Source: Candidatus Krumholzibacteriia bacterium | GTDB taxonomy: Bacteria > Krumholzibacteriota > Krumholzibacteriia > LZORAL124-64-63 | Direction of reading: 5' to 3' | Length of the DNA stretch: 64,000 nucleotides | Assembly (NCBI GenBank): GCA_050174015.1 | Contig: JBFXKG010000001.1 | Location: forward strand, 128,001-192,000 | In this document: one piece after another, positions 47,273 through 58,300 of the stretch | Position numbering within the stretch: position 1 is the stretch's first letter | Layout: the number at the start of each line of letters is the position of its first letter | Translations under genes and position numbers: made by a program | Notes under the pieces: model-generated | Told to the model about the DNA's origin: nothing | Databases searched by the model: none | Seen by the model: the letters and a program-made list of their open reading frames with translations, nothing else

Positions 47273-50200
47273 GTGAACCGCACGCTCACCGTCCTGTCCC
47301 TGATCGTCCTGCTGGCCTGGGGCGCGGCCGCCCAGGAGGACGAGGCCCCCGGCTACGTGATGCGCTACGCCGACATAGGCTTCGGCAAGATCGTCTTCAC
47401 CTACGAGGACGACCTCTGGCTCGTGCCCGACACGGGCGGCCCGGCCCGGCGGATCACCAGCCATCCCGGCCGGGAGACCGGCGCCAAGTTCTCCCCCGAC
47501 GGCGCCCGGCTGGCCTTCACGGGCAGCTACGACGGCGGCAACGACATCTACGTCATGGACGTCGAGGGCGGGGTGCCCCGGCGGCTGACCTACCATCCGG
47601 CGGGGTCGATCCTGCTGGACTGGTGCCCCGACGGTTCGGGCGTGATCTTCACCGCCAACCGCGAAGCCCCGGGCTATTCCAGCGAACTGTACAAGATGCC
47701 CATCGAGGGCGGGATGGCGATCAAGCTGCCGGTGGACCGCGGGGCGCTCGCCTCGGCCGCTCCGGACCACAGCGGCCTGGCCTACAACCGCATCGGCCGG
47801 CACGTGCGCACCTGGAAGCGCTACGAGGGCGGCCTGGCTCAGGACGTCTGGGTCAAGGACTTCAAGTCGGGCGACATCACGAAGATCACCGATTGGCGGG
47901 GCAGCGACCAGTTCCCCATGTGGGGCCGGGACGGCATCTACTTCGCCAGCGACCGCGAGGACGGCACCCTGAACATCTACCGGTACGATCCGGCCACGAA
48001 GCAGACCACCCGCCTGACCGGCTACGCGGATTACGACGTGAAGTACCCCTCCCTGGGCGGGGACAAGATCGTCTTCCAGTACGGCTCAGGCCTGAACGTG
48101 CTCGACCTCGAGACCGGCAAGGCGGCCGCGGTCCCCATCACCATCCCCTCCGACCGTCGCCACGTCCGCACCGAGCTGATCACTCCCGAACCCAGCACCG
48201 GGTCGTTCGGACTGTCTCCCGCGGGCGAGCGCGCCCTGATCGAGGCCCGCGGCGAGATCCTCAACCTGCCGGCCGACGAGGGCGACCCCCACAACCTCAC
48301 CCGCAATTCGGGCACCCGCGAGAAGAACTCCGCCTGGAGCCCGGACGGCCGCTGGATCGCCCTGGTCAGCGACCGCACGGGCGAGGAACAGATCTACCTG
48401 GTGGACCAGCACGGGCGCGACCAGTGGCGGCAGCTCACGAAGGGCGATTTCCGGTTCATCCTTCAGCCGGTCTGGTCTCCCGACAGCAAGTCCCTGATCT
48501 TCGCCGACAAGTTCATGAAGCTCCACCTGGTGGACGCGGCCTCGGGCGGCGTGAAGGAGATCGCGCAAAGCGACTACGACGACGCCTGGGAGCGCTGGGG
48601 CATCATGGACTACGTCTGGTCGCCCGACAGCCGCTGGATCGCCTACACCAGCCAGACCGGCAACATGAACGAGGCCATCTGGCTGTACGATACGCAGTCC
48701 GGCCGGAGGACGAAGCTGACGGACGACATGACCCAGGACTGGTCGCCCTCCTTCTCGCGGGACGGCAAGTACCTGTATTTCCTGTCCAACCGCACCTTCA
48801 ACCCCATCATGGACCGTCAGGATCAGAACCACATCTTCCCGAAGGAAGCCCTGCCGTACGTGGTCCTGCTGCGGGCCGGGGAACGGTCCCCCTTCTACAA
48901 GGATGACGTCCTCGTCGAGGTGAAGGGCGAGGGTGACGCCAAGGAAGAGGCCAAGGAAGAGGCCGAGGAAAACGAAGGAACGGTCATCGACCTGGACGGC
49001 ATCCAGGATCGCATCCTGGCCTGCGAGGGCTTCAAGGCCGGCAACTACTTCAGGCTGGAGGCGATCGAAGGCGGCTTCGTCCTGCTGGACAAGAAGGACC
49101 CGGAGTTCATCAAGTACCAGAACGTGAACGACGGCACCGGCGGGGCCCTGGACCTGGTCGGCTACAAGCTCGAGGACGCCGAGACCGAGGACCTCATCCC
49201 GGGCATCGCCAACTTCCACCTGAGCGCCGACGGCAAGAAGCTGATCTACCGGGCCGGATCGAAGTACGGCGTGGTGGACGCCGGCAAGCCCGCCAAGGTG
49301 GGGGACGGCAAGCTGGACCTCGGCGCGGTGAAGCTGCGCATCGACCGCCTCGAGGAGTTCCCCCAGATCTTCGCCGAGGCCTGGCGCATCCAGCGCGACT
49401 GGTTCTACGACAGGAACATGCACGGTGTGGACTGGCAGGCCATGTACGACAAGTACGCCCCGTTCGTCGACGGATGCGGCACCCGCGGGGACCTGAACTA
49501 CCTGATCGGGGAGATGATCAGCGAGCTCAACATCGGCCACACCTACATCTTCGGCGGGGACTTCGAGGACGGAGGTCCCCGGGTAGGCACGGGCCTGCTG
49601 GGCTGCGACTTCGCCGTCGAGGAGGGCAAGGACTACTACCGCATCACGGACATCGTGGGTGGCGTGTCCTGGGATCCCCGCTACCGGTCGCCCCTGCGCG
49701 AGCCCGGGGTCGGGGTCGCCGAGAGCGACTTCCTCATCGCCATCGACGGCGCGGAGGTGAAGGTCGGCGACAACGTCTACGAGCGCCTGGTGGACCGCGC
49801 CGGCGCCATGGTCACCCTGACCGTCAACGGCAAGGCCGAGGCCAAGGGGGCCAGGGAGGTCCGGCTGCGCACCCTGCCCGGCGATTACGGCCTGCGCTAC
49901 CGCGACTGGGTCGACCGGAACCTGGACCACGTCACGGCACGATCCGAAGGCAGGATCGCCTACCTCCACCTGCCCGACATGGGCGAGAACGGCCTGGTGG
50001 AGTTCGGTCGCTCCTACTATCCGCAGACCGGCAAGCAGGCCATGATCATCGACGACCGCTTCAATGGCGGAGGGTTCGTCGGCGACATGATCATCGACCG
50101 CCTGGAACGCCGGTTGTGGGCGATGACCCAGCCCCGCGAGGGCCTCAACGGCCGCAATCCCGAGCGCGTCTTCCACGGTCCCCTGGTGGTCCTGATCAAC

Positions 50201-50581
50201 GAGGACACCTACAGCAACGGCGAGTTCTTCGCAGAGGCGGTCAAGCGCCTGGAACTGGCCACCCTGATCGGGGTGCGGACGTGGGGCGGTTCGACCGGCA
50301 TCGAACCCCACCAGGACATGGTGGACGGCGGGGGCACCACGCCGCCCCAGTTCGGCCTCTACGGTCTGGACGGCACCTGGCCCATCGAGGGTTGGGGGGT
50401 CGAGCCGGACATCATCGTGGTCAACTGGCCGAAGGACGTGGTGGACGGCAAGGACGCCCAGCTCGACTACGCCATCGACTACCTGCTGAAGCAGCTGGAG
50501 GAGAACCAGGGCAAGTGGGATGTTCCCGGACCGCCGGCCTATCCCGACAAGGCCAAGCCGAAGATGAGCGGGGCCCGGTAG
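47273..50581 (+). CDS. Tricorn protease homolog (S41, PD40 propellers, PDZ)
   Basis: Signal peptide; FSPDG/WSPD repeats; WKRYEGG; ELNIGH; DDRFNGGG; SNGE; GVRTWGG. Confidence 0.93.
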   Translation: MNRTLTVLSLIVLLAWGAAAQEDEAPGYVMRYADIGFGKIVFTYEDDLWLVPDTGGPARRITSHPGRETGAKFSPDGARLAFTGSYDGGNDIYVMDVEGGVPRRLTYHPAGSILLDWCPDGSGVIFTANREAPGYSSELYKMPIEGGMAIKLPVDRGALASAAPDHSGLAYNRIGRHVRTWKRYEGGLAQDVWVKDFKSGDITKITDWRGSDQFPMWGRDGIYFASDREDGTLNIYRYDPATKQTTRLTGYADYDVKYPSLGGDKIVFQYGSGLNVLDLETGKAAAVPITIPSDRRHVRTELITPEPSTGSFGLSPAGERALIEARGEILNLPADEGDPHNLTRNSGTREKNSAWSPDGRWIALVSDRTGEEQIYLVDQHGRDQWRQLTKGDFRFILQPVWSPDSKSLIFADKFMKLHLVDAASGGVKEIAQSDYDDAWERWGIMDYVWSPDSRWIAYTSQTGNMNEAIWLYDTQSGRRTKLTDDMTQDWSPSFSRDGKYLYFLSNRTFNPIMDRQDQNHIFPKEALPYVVLLRAGERSPFYKDDVLVEVKGEGDAKEEAKEEAEENEGTVIDLDGIQDRILACEGFKAGNYFRLEAIEGGFVLLDKKDPEFIKYQNVNDGTGGALDLVGYKLEDAETEDLIPGIANFHLSADGKKLIYRAGSKYGVVDAGKPAKVGDGKLDLGAVKLRIDRLEEFPQIFAEAWRIQRDWFYDRNMHGVDWQAMYDKYAPFVDGCGTRGDLNYLIGEMISELNIGHTYIFGGDFEDGGPRVGTGLLGCDFAVEEGKDYYRITDIVGGVSWDPRYRSPLREPGVGVAESDFLIAIDGAEVKVGDNVYERLVDRAGAMVTLTVNGKAEAKGAREVRLRTLPGDYGLRYRDWVDRNLDHVTARSEGRIAYLHLPDMGENGLVEFGRSYYPQTGKQAMIIDDRFNGGGFVGDMIIDRLERRLWAMTQPREGLNGRNPERVFHGPLVVLINEDTYSNGEFFAEAVKRLELATLIGVRTWGGSTGIEPHQDMVDGGGTTPPQFGLYGLDGTWPIEGWGVEPDIIVVNWPKDVVDGKDAQLDYAIDYLLKQLEENQGKWDVPGPPAYPDKAKPKMSGAR

Positions 50582-50603
50582 CACCTCATCGGAGGAACCC
50601 CCC

Positions 50604-50630
50604 AGGCCCCGGACGGTTCGTCCGGGGCCT
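50604..50630 (+). terminator. Terminator hairpin
   Basis: AGGCCCCGGACG-GTT-CGTCCGGGGCCT. Confidence 0.65.
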
Positions 50631-50747
50631 CTCTCATGGGCCGCCGGAAGGCCGTCGCGGGCAACGGGACCGATTCCTGCACCGGATCGGGTACGTGAGG
50701 AAATCCCGCGCATCCCGAACGGAGCGCGAAATCAGGGAGAAGAAGCC

Positions 50748-51620
50748 ATGAGAAACCACCTTCCCGAACTGGCCCTGGCTCTCCTGCTCGCGGCACCGGG
50801 AGTCGTCCTCGGAACGACCCTGGATGGCGTCCAGGCCACGGCAGATTGCAACGGTTGGACCACCGAGGTGCAGGTGACCTACAGCTCCAGCGCCTACATG
50901 GCCCATCTCACCAGGACGGTGGTCCTGCTGGACGAATCGGGAGCGGAACTGGACCGCTCCGAGACCTCGGGCATGATCCAGGTCGCCCCGGGCGAGACCG
51001 TGACCTACCCGGATTCGGGGGCCTGGTCGTTCGCCCTGGACGGCTCCTACCGCCTGGCGGTCTCGGTTGCCTTCGTGGACATCGTTCCCGACGGCGGCAA
51101 CACCTACACCGCGGAGACCGAGGTCCCCTTCGGCTGCGGCGTCGAGGTGGTCATGCCCGGACCGGTGTGCCTGCACCCGCGGTCGTTCTGGGTGCGCCAT
51201 CCCGACGCCTGGCCCGTCACGAGGCTGGAACTCGGCGGCGAGGTGCTCGATCAGGACGAGCTGATGGGCCTGCTGCGCCGCCCGCCACGCGCCGACGTCC
51301 GCTTCCTGCTGATCCGCCAGCTGATCACGGCCAAGCTGAACCTCGCCAACGGGGCCGAGGACTCCGCGGCCGAGGCCGTCGCCCTGGCGGACGCCTGGCT
51401 GGCGGACCATCCGGTGTTCAGCCGCCTGCGGGGACGCGACCGCCTGGTCGCCGTCAAGCTCACCCTGTCCCTCATGTGGTACAACCTGCAGGGGTGCCCG
51501 GAGGACGCCGCCAAGGCCTTGACGATGGACCAGGACGAAGATCTGCCCCTCCTCGAATCCCTGGAAAAGGAATTCGTGGAGCCCCAGAGCTTCGGGGCCG
51601 TCAAGTCCATGTTCCGCTGA
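50748..51620 (+). CDS. Exported hypothetical protein ending SFGAVKSMFR
   Basis: Signal peptide; FWVRHPDAWPV...QLITAKLNLANG domain; C-terminal motif. Confidence 0.8.
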   Translation: MRNHLPELALALLLAAPGVVLGTTLDGVQATADCNGWTTEVQVTYSSSAYMAHLTRTVVLLDESGAELDRSETSGMIQVAPGETVTYPDSGAWSFALDGSYRLAVSVAFVDIVPDGGNTYTAETEVPFGCGVEVVMPGPVCLHPRSFWVRHPDAWPVTRLELGGEVLDQDELMGLLRRPPRADVRFLLIRQLITAKLNLANGAEDSAAEAVALADAWLADHPVFSRLRGRDRLVAVKLTLSLMWYNLQGCPEDAAKALTMDQDEDLPLLESLEKEFVEPQSFGAVKSMFR

Positions 51621-51689
51621 TCGTCCCCCCGGACCGGACCGGGGCCGGCTCTTCTGCCGGTCCCGGTCCAGGTCGTCAGACCTGCGGCG

Positions 51690-53858
51690 TCAGGGCGCCT
51701 GCATTCCCAGGAAGTGCATCAGGAAGGCGGTCTCCTCGGCGCGCTGCTCGATCTGGGTGGTGATGGTCGTGCCTCCCCCGTGGCCGCTGGCGCCGCGGAT
51801 CAACAGGCAGACCGGACCCCCCGCCCCCAGGGCCTGCATCCTGGCGGCCATCTTGCGGGCGTGCAGGGGATCGACGCGGGCGTCGTTCTCGCTGCCGGTC
51901 ACCAGGAAGGCCGGGTATTCCACGCCCTCGCGGATGTTCTGGTAGGGCGAGTATTCAAGCAGGTACTCGAACTGTGCGGGATCGTCGCTGCTGCCGTACT
52001 CCTCGGCCCAGATGTTGGCCAGGCCGTAGCGGTGGTAGCGGACCATGTCCAGCAGGGGGACCCCGCATTCGACGGCTCTGAACAGGTCCGGCCGCTGGGT
52101 GGTCACCGCACCGGTCAACAGACCGCCGTTGCTCGCGCCCGAGACGGCCAGCTTCTCGGGGTTGGTCCAGCCTTCGCGGATGAGGTATTCGGCCGCGGCG
52201 ATGAAGTCGTCGAAGACGTTCTGCTTCTTCTCCCTCATGCCGGCCTGGTGCCATTCGCGGCCGTACTCGCCGCCGCCGCGCAGGTTGGCGACGCAGTAGA
52301 CGCCGCCGGCCTCCAGCCAGACGAGGATCGAGGTTGAGAATTGCGGATTCATGGAGACGTCGAAGCCTCCGTAGCCGTAGAGCAGGGTGGGGTTGGTCCC
52401 GTCCAGCTTCGCGTCCGCGTGGTGGACGATGAACATGGAGACCGGGGTGCCGTCCCTGCTCTCGTACCAGACCTGGTCGGCCACGACCCCGTCGACGTCC
52501 ACCTCGACCGGGAAGGCCCGGTACAGGTCGAGTTCGTTGCGCGCGAAGTCGTACTTGAAGGTCGTGGAGGGATAGGCGTACGAGGAGAAGTACACCCAGA
52601 CGTCGGGCAGTGACCAGCGGCCGCTGACCCCCCCGCTGCCGATGGTGGGCAGGGGCAGGTCCCGGATGAAGTTGCCGTCCAGGTCGTAGATCTGGATCCT
52701 GGTGTAGGCGTCGTGCATCCAGGTCACGTAGATGTGGCCGGCGATGGGCTGGATCCCCAGCAACTTGTCCTTGTCGTGCTGGGGGATGAAGACCTTCCAG
52801 CGCTCGCGCTCCGGGTGGGCCGCGTCGGTGACGTAGACCATCTTCCGGGGGGCGTTCTCGTCGGTGGTGATGAGGATGGTGTCGCCGATGAAGTCGGCCC
52901 CGTACTCGAACTTCATTCCGGTGGCCAGGGGGATGAGCGGATCGTCGGAACCGGTGGGCCGGAAATAGAGGTCGTTCACGTTGAAGAGGCCCCGGTTGAA
53001 GACGGTGTACTTGCCGTCCTCGGTCACTCCGACGTTGTGCCACAGTTCCTTGGTCTGATCGTCCCAGAAGACCTTCACGTCCTCGGCAGGGTCGGTGCCC
53101 AGCCTGTGCATCCAGGCGGAGTGCCAGTACTCGTGCTCTCCCTCGGGAACCTCGCCCTCCAGGGGCTTGCAGGTGTAGTAGAACCCGCTGCCGTCGGGCA
53201 GCCAGCTGGCGACGGATTGCTTCCAGCCCCGCAGGCGGTCGGGCAGGATCTCGCCGGTCTCGGTCACCATCACCTGGACCACGGGGTTCTCGTCGCCACC
53301 GTGAGCGGTGCCGAAGGCCACGTACTTCCCGTCACGGCTGGGGCTGATCCCCGCCAGGGTGTCGGTGGGGGGCCACTGGTTGGGGTCGATCACCACCTGT
53401 TCGGGAGCGCCTTCGCGGGCGCGGGTCACGAAGACCCACTTCTCGTCGTCCTTCTTCTTGGTGTGGTAGAACAGGCGTTCGCCGTCGAGGACTCGGCTGG
53501 GCACGCTCTCGTCGTCGTAACGCCAGAGGGCGTTGAAACGATCGGCCAGCCAGGCCTTCTGGGGAAGGTCGGCGGTGATGGTACGCGTGAAGGCGTGCTG
53601 GGCCTCGGTCCACGCCTGGACCTCGGGGTCGTCGGCGTTCTCCAGCCACTGGTACTCGTCGACCAGCACGGTGCCGTGGAAGTCCTCGCTCACGGGTTTC
53701 TGGGGCGTGGGCGGATAGGAGGGTGCGGCGGTTGCGGGCGCCGCCGCGGTGGCGGCATGCTCGCCGCCATTGCCGGTGCAGCCGGCCGGGCCGGCCAGGG
53801 AGGCCAAGCCGGCCAGCCCGCAGAGGATCACCAGGATGCCCAGGCGCTTCTTCGTCAT
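51690..53858 (-). CDS. Prolyl oligopeptidase (S9A), exported
   Basis: YQWLE, LLYGYGGF, NLRGGGEYG, GASNGG (Ser), DARV (Asp), GHG (His). Confidence 0.93.
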   Translation of the reverse strand: MTKKRLGILVILCGLAGLASLAGPAGCTGNGGEHAATAAAPATAAPSYPPTPQKPVSEDFHGTVLVDEYQWLENADDPEVQAWTEAQHAFTRTITADLPQKAWLADRFNALWRYDDESVPSRVLDGERLFYHTKKKDDEKWVFVTRAREGAPEQVVIDPNQWPPTDTLAGISPSRDGKYVAFGTAHGGDENPVVQVMVTETGEILPDRLRGWKQSVASWLPDGSGFYYTCKPLEGEVPEGEHEYWHSAWMHRLGTDPAEDVKVFWDDQTKELWHNVGVTEDGKYTVFNRGLFNVNDLYFRPTGSDDPLIPLATGMKFEYGADFIGDTILITTDENAPRKMVYVTDAAHPERERWKVFIPQHDKDKLLGIQPIAGHIYVTWMHDAYTRIQIYDLDGNFIRDLPLPTIGSGGVSGRWSLPDVWVYFSSYAYPSTTFKYDFARNELDLYRAFPVEVDVDGVVADQVWYESRDGTPVSMFIVHHADAKLDGTNPTLLYGYGGFDVSMNPQFSTSILVWLEAGGVYCVANLRGGGEYGREWHQAGMREKKQNVFDDFIAAAEYLIREGWTNPEKLAVSGASNGGLLTGAVTTQRPDLFRAVECGVPLLDMVRYHRYGLANIWAEEYGSSDDPAQFEYLLEYSPYQNIREGVEYPAFLVTGSENDARVDPLHARKMAARMQALGAGGPVCLLIRGASGHGGGTTITTQIEQRAEETAFLMHFLGMQAP

Positions 53859-53896
53859 CGGTCACTCCTTGGGAAGGGTCGGGTCGGGGTCGGGAG

Positions 53897-55198
53897 TCAC
53901 TTTAGAGCCGCCGCCAGGACGATGTCCAGGACCGAGAAGGCGGCGATCCCCCACATCAACGGATGGACTTCCCGCGCCCGCCCGGCCGCGAGGGAAGCCA
54001 GGACGTGGGCCGTGAACCCGAAGGCCAGCCCCATGCTGATGCTGTAGGTCAGGGGCATCAGGATGATGGCCAGGAAGGCGGGTACTGCCGACTCGAAACG
54101 ATCCCAGGCGATCCTCGAGACGTTGCGGAACATGGACACGCCCACGACGATCAGGGCCGGAGCGGTGGCGAATCCTGGTACCATGCCGATCACCGGCGTG
54201 AAGAAGAGGGCGAGCAGGAAGAGCAGGGCCGTGGTCACGCTGGCCAGGCCGGTGCGGCCGCCCTGGGCGATGCCGGCTCCGGATTCGATGTAGGTGGTCG
54301 TCGTGCTCGTCCCCAGGAGCGCACCGGCGACGGTGGCCACGGCGTCGGCCTCGAGGATGCGGTCGATGTCCGCGATGGATCCGTCCTCGCCCACCCGCCC
54401 CGCCTCGTAGCTGCAGGCCACGATGGTGCCAACCGAGTCGAACAGGTCGACGAACATGAACGAGAAGATCGCCCCCCACATCCCCCACTTCACCGCGGCC
54501 GCCAGATCCAGGCGGAACAGGACGGGTTCCAGGCTCGGCGGCAGCGAGACCAGCGCCGGGGGAGGCGCCACCTCGCCGAGCAGGACGGCCATGACCGTGG
54601 TGACGAGGATGCCTGCCAGGATGCTTCCGGGGATGCGGCGGATCTCCAGCACGGTGATCACCAGCAGACCGGCCAGACCCAGGACCACGGGCCTGCCGAG
54701 GGGACCGAGGGTCACCAGCGTGGCCTCGCTGGCCTGGACCAGGCCCAGGTTCTGCAGTCCGATGAACGCGATGAACAGTCCGATGCCCGCCGCGATGGCC
54801 AGGCGGAACTCGCCGGGAATGGCGGCGATGATGTGGCGCCGGATCCCCAGCAGCGTCAGCACCAGGAACACGATCCCCGAGACGAACACCACCCCCAGGG
54901 CGGTCTGCCAGGAAACCCCCTGGCCGATGACCAGGCTGTAGGCGAAGAAGGCGTTGAGACCCATGCCCGGGGCCATGGCGAAGGGCACGTTGGCCCACAG
55001 GCCGGCCAGCAGGGTGCCCAGCGCGGAGGCGAGGATGGTGGCGGTGATGACGGCGCCGGGGTCCATGCCCGCCGCCGACAGGACGCCGGGATTGACGAAG
55101 ATGATGTAGGCCATGGTCAGGAAGGTGGCGGCGCCGGCGGCGGCTTCGCGGGCGGGGGTGCTGCCGCGGGCGCGGATCCTGAAGAATCGGTCGAGCAT
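53897..55198 (-). CDS. NCS2/AzgA-type purine permease
   Basis: TFLTMAYIIFVNP, APGMGLNAFF, DLFDSVGT, TTYIESGAGI..GGRTGL, MPLTYSI. Confidence 0.92.
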   Translation of the reverse strand: MLDRFFRIRARGSTPAREAAAGAATFLTMAYIIFVNPGVLSAAGMDPGAVITATILASALGTLLAGLWANVPFAMAPGMGLNAFFAYSLVIGQGVSWQTALGVVFVSGIVFLVLTLLGIRRHIIAAIPGEFRLAIAAGIGLFIAFIGLQNLGLVQASEATLVTLGPLGRPVVLGLAGLLVITVLEIRRIPGSILAGILVTTVMAVLLGEVAPPPALVSLPPSLEPVLFRLDLAAAVKWGMWGAIFSFMFVDLFDSVGTIVACSYEAGRVGEDGSIADIDRILEADAVATVAGALLGTSTTTTYIESGAGIAQGGRTGLASVTTALLFLLALFFTPVIGMVPGFATAPALIVVGVSMFRNVSRIAWDRFESAVPAFLAIILMPLTYSISMGLAFGFTAHVLASLAAGRAREVHPLMWGIAAFSVLDIVLAAALK

Positions 55199-55265
55199 GG
55201 CGCGCTCCCGGGGGAGGGTGGATCACGGGTCCGGGGCGGAGCATAGGGCAGGACCCGGAAGAAGG

Positions 55266-55294
55266 AAACCCCCGGGGCGGGGTGCCCCGGGGGT
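55266..55294 (-). terminator. Terminator after the nuclease gene
   Basis: ACCCCCGGGGC-N5-GCCCCGGGGGT with short U-tract on the minus strand. Confidence 0.6.
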
Positions 55295-55318
55295 CGGCCG
55301 GAGGGGATGGGGCTGACC

Positions 55319-58300
55319 TCAGATGCCGTCGCAGGTCTCGACGTCGGCCCCGCTGTCGTAGGCGTGGCCGGCCAGGGTGATTCCCGTGACGCAGAAGGTG
55401 AAGCTGATGCCGGGTTTGCCCGCGACCGAGCAGGTCAGTTCGATCCAGCCGTCGGCCCCGGTCACGCCCGACTCGGTCGAGGAGATGCTGCCGCTGAACG
55501 ACCCGGTGACCGAGGCTCCGGCCACGGGATTGCCGAGGTCGTCGATGACCAGCACGGCGGCATGGCCGTACTCCTTGTTGCGGACCAGGGTGGCGGACGG
55601 GTCGATGGCCGCCACGTGCATGGGGATGGTCGTGCCGCCGCCGGAACCGTTGAAGACCTGATTGACGTTCACCAGCCCGTCGGTCTTGCCCAGGGGGCCC
55701 TCCCAGGTGAAGTCCGCATAGGCGGAACCGGATCCGGCCAGTTGCAGGGAGGTGCGGCGCGGGGCGGTGTCCGGTTCGCTGATCCCGATGTCGGTGGAGG
55801 TCATGCCGTCGGCGGGCCCTCCGCTCGCGGTGAAGCTGCCCTCGTAGCTGAGGAACTGGATCACGGCGCCCTGGGGATCGACCAGGGCCAGCCCGTCCGG
55901 GCTGCCGTTCTGCATGCCGACCATGGCGGCGGCCTGGACCCCGAACCCGCCCTGCTGATCCGCAAGGACGCCGCTGAAGCCCACCGTCAGGTAGGCCGAA
56001 CCGTCGGCCCCGTTGTAACCGACCACGGTCCAGCCCGTCAGATCGGTGCCCGCGGGTCCGGCCACCTCCACGAACTCGTTCCGGTCGGCGCCGTCGTTGT
56101 CGTAGTGGAACTCGTTGATCCAGACCAAGGGCCCGCCCCCACCGCCGGAAGCCTGGGGGGTGGCGGAGGTCTCGTTCCCGTAGGCGGACTCGTTGCCCTC
56201 GCCGTCGCTGGCGGTGACGACGTAGTAGTAGGTGGTCCCGTTGGCCGCCGTGGCGTCGGTGAAGGTGGTCGCCGTCACCAGACCGCCGTGGAGGGCCGTG
56301 TAGGGCCCGCCGGAGCTATCGCCCCGATAGACCGTGTAACCGGCCAGATCGGCGTCTCCCACCGCGTCCCAGGCCAGGCCGACGCTGCCGTCGCCGGGTG
56401 TCGCGCCCAGGCCGACCGGGGCCGCGGGGGCGGTGGTGTCCGAGATGGTCGCCGAGGTGATGTCCACGCCCGTGGCACCCTGGTCGTCGGTGACGGTCAG
56501 GGTGACGGTGAAGACGCCTGTGGACGCGTAGGCGTGGCCGGGATCGGCGAGGGTGCTGGTGGCCCCGTCGCCGAACTCCCACAGGTAGCCGGCGATGGAC
56601 CCGTCCGGGTCCTGGGAACCGGCGGATGAGAAGGTCACCGCGACGCCCTTCTCACCGGAATAGGGGCCGTTGGCCTGAGCGGTGGGATCCTGGTTCACGG
56701 GTCCGCCGCCGGCGAAGGTCTGGCCCGTATTGACGGCGCCCTCGGTGCCGGCTCCGGGAGCTTGCCAGGTGAAATCCCCGTAGGCCGATCCGTCCCCCGC
56801 CAGTTGCAGGGTCCAGCCCACGGGACTGTCCGCGGGCTCGAAGACGCCGATGTCGGTCGACGTGATCCCGGCGGCAGGCCCGTCCACGGCCGTGATCTGC
56901 CCTTCGTAGCTGATGAACATGACCACGGAGGCGGCGGCGTCGACGAGGGCCAGGCCGTCGGGACTGCCGTTCTGCATTCCGGTCATGGGGAAGGCCAGCA
57001 CCCCGAAGCCGTTCTGCAGGTCCGGCAGGGTTCCCGCCAGGTTGACCGTGTCGTAGACCAGCCCCCCGTTGCCGTTGTAGCCGATGACGCTCCAGCCGGA
57101 CAGATCGGCGCCGGCCGGCCCGGCGATCTCGAAGAATTCGCCGGTGTCGGTGCCGTCGTTGTCGTAGTGGAACTCGTTGATCCAGATGGCTGGACCGCCG
57201 CCCCCGCCGCCGGTGGGCGTGGCCTGGACCTCCGGGCTGGAGGGGGATTCGTTGCCGCTGGAGTCCTTGGCCGTCACCACGTAGTAGTAGGTGACCCCTC
57301 CGGTCAGGCCGGAATCGGTGAACTGGCTGACCGTCGCCAGGGCGGTGACCTCGGCGAAGGGACCGCCGGAGGCGGTGGCGCGGTAGACGGCGTAACCCAT
57401 CAGGTCCGGTTCGCCGTTGTCGGCCCAGTCGAGACCGACGCTGCCGTCCCCCGGGGTGGCGACCAGACCGGCGGGCGCGGCCGGAGGCGTGATGTCCCCT
57501 CCGCCGCCGCAACTGCCGGCGAAGATGCAGTCCACCCACTCGGGATGGTCGATGAAGGGGTTGCGGTTGCCCTGGAAGGAGTAGACGACGTCGTTGCGGG
57601 AGGCCTCCTTGGCGTCGACCGGGTCCTGCTGATGCCATTGCAGGAGCACCGACACCATGCCCATGTAACCGACCGCCTCGTTGGCTCCTGTGTTCGAGGC
57701 CGCGATCAGGGCCTCGTCGTCCGTCAGGATCAGATCGGGTTCGCTGTACCCGGTCACCCCGTGGACACCGCCCTCGTATCGCACGTCCAGATAGAACAGG
57801 GCGCGGGCCACGTCTCCCCGACGGTCGATCCAGGTCTCCCAGCTGCCCTCGGTGAAGCTGCCGCTGGTCCAGTTGGAGTTGCCGGGATAGACCCCGGTTC
57901 CCCCGCCGACGCCGTTGTACTCCAGGGTGGGTTTCTCGTCGCACCCGGAGGCGCAGGATCGGAAGGGTTTGTTGCTGCGGGAGGTGTTGTAGCTGTCGTT
58001 GGCGAGGAAGAGGTGATGACAATCGGTATAGGGATAGTTGGCGACCACGTCGTTGGGAAACCCGTAGCTCTTGGGCCAGGAGTGCTCCCGGTTGTACTCC
58101 AGGTTGCCCTCCCCGTACTTGACGTAGCTGGCGTTCAGGTAGATGTCGAGGATGCGCCCGCTGTCGTTGGGATCCTCGTCCGCGAGTTCCAGGACGTCCC
58201 AGGTGTCGGTCCCGGTGGCCGTGTAGGGGATCCGGGTGTGGTCGTCGATCACGGCATGGAGGCTGGCCCGCAACGCCGCGGGGGTCGAATCGTCCACGGT

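Noticed and set aside
48935..48968. Short 12-bp tandem repeat GCCAAGGAAGAG
   Set aside because: Encodes a low-complexity AKEE linker within tricorn and stays in frame.
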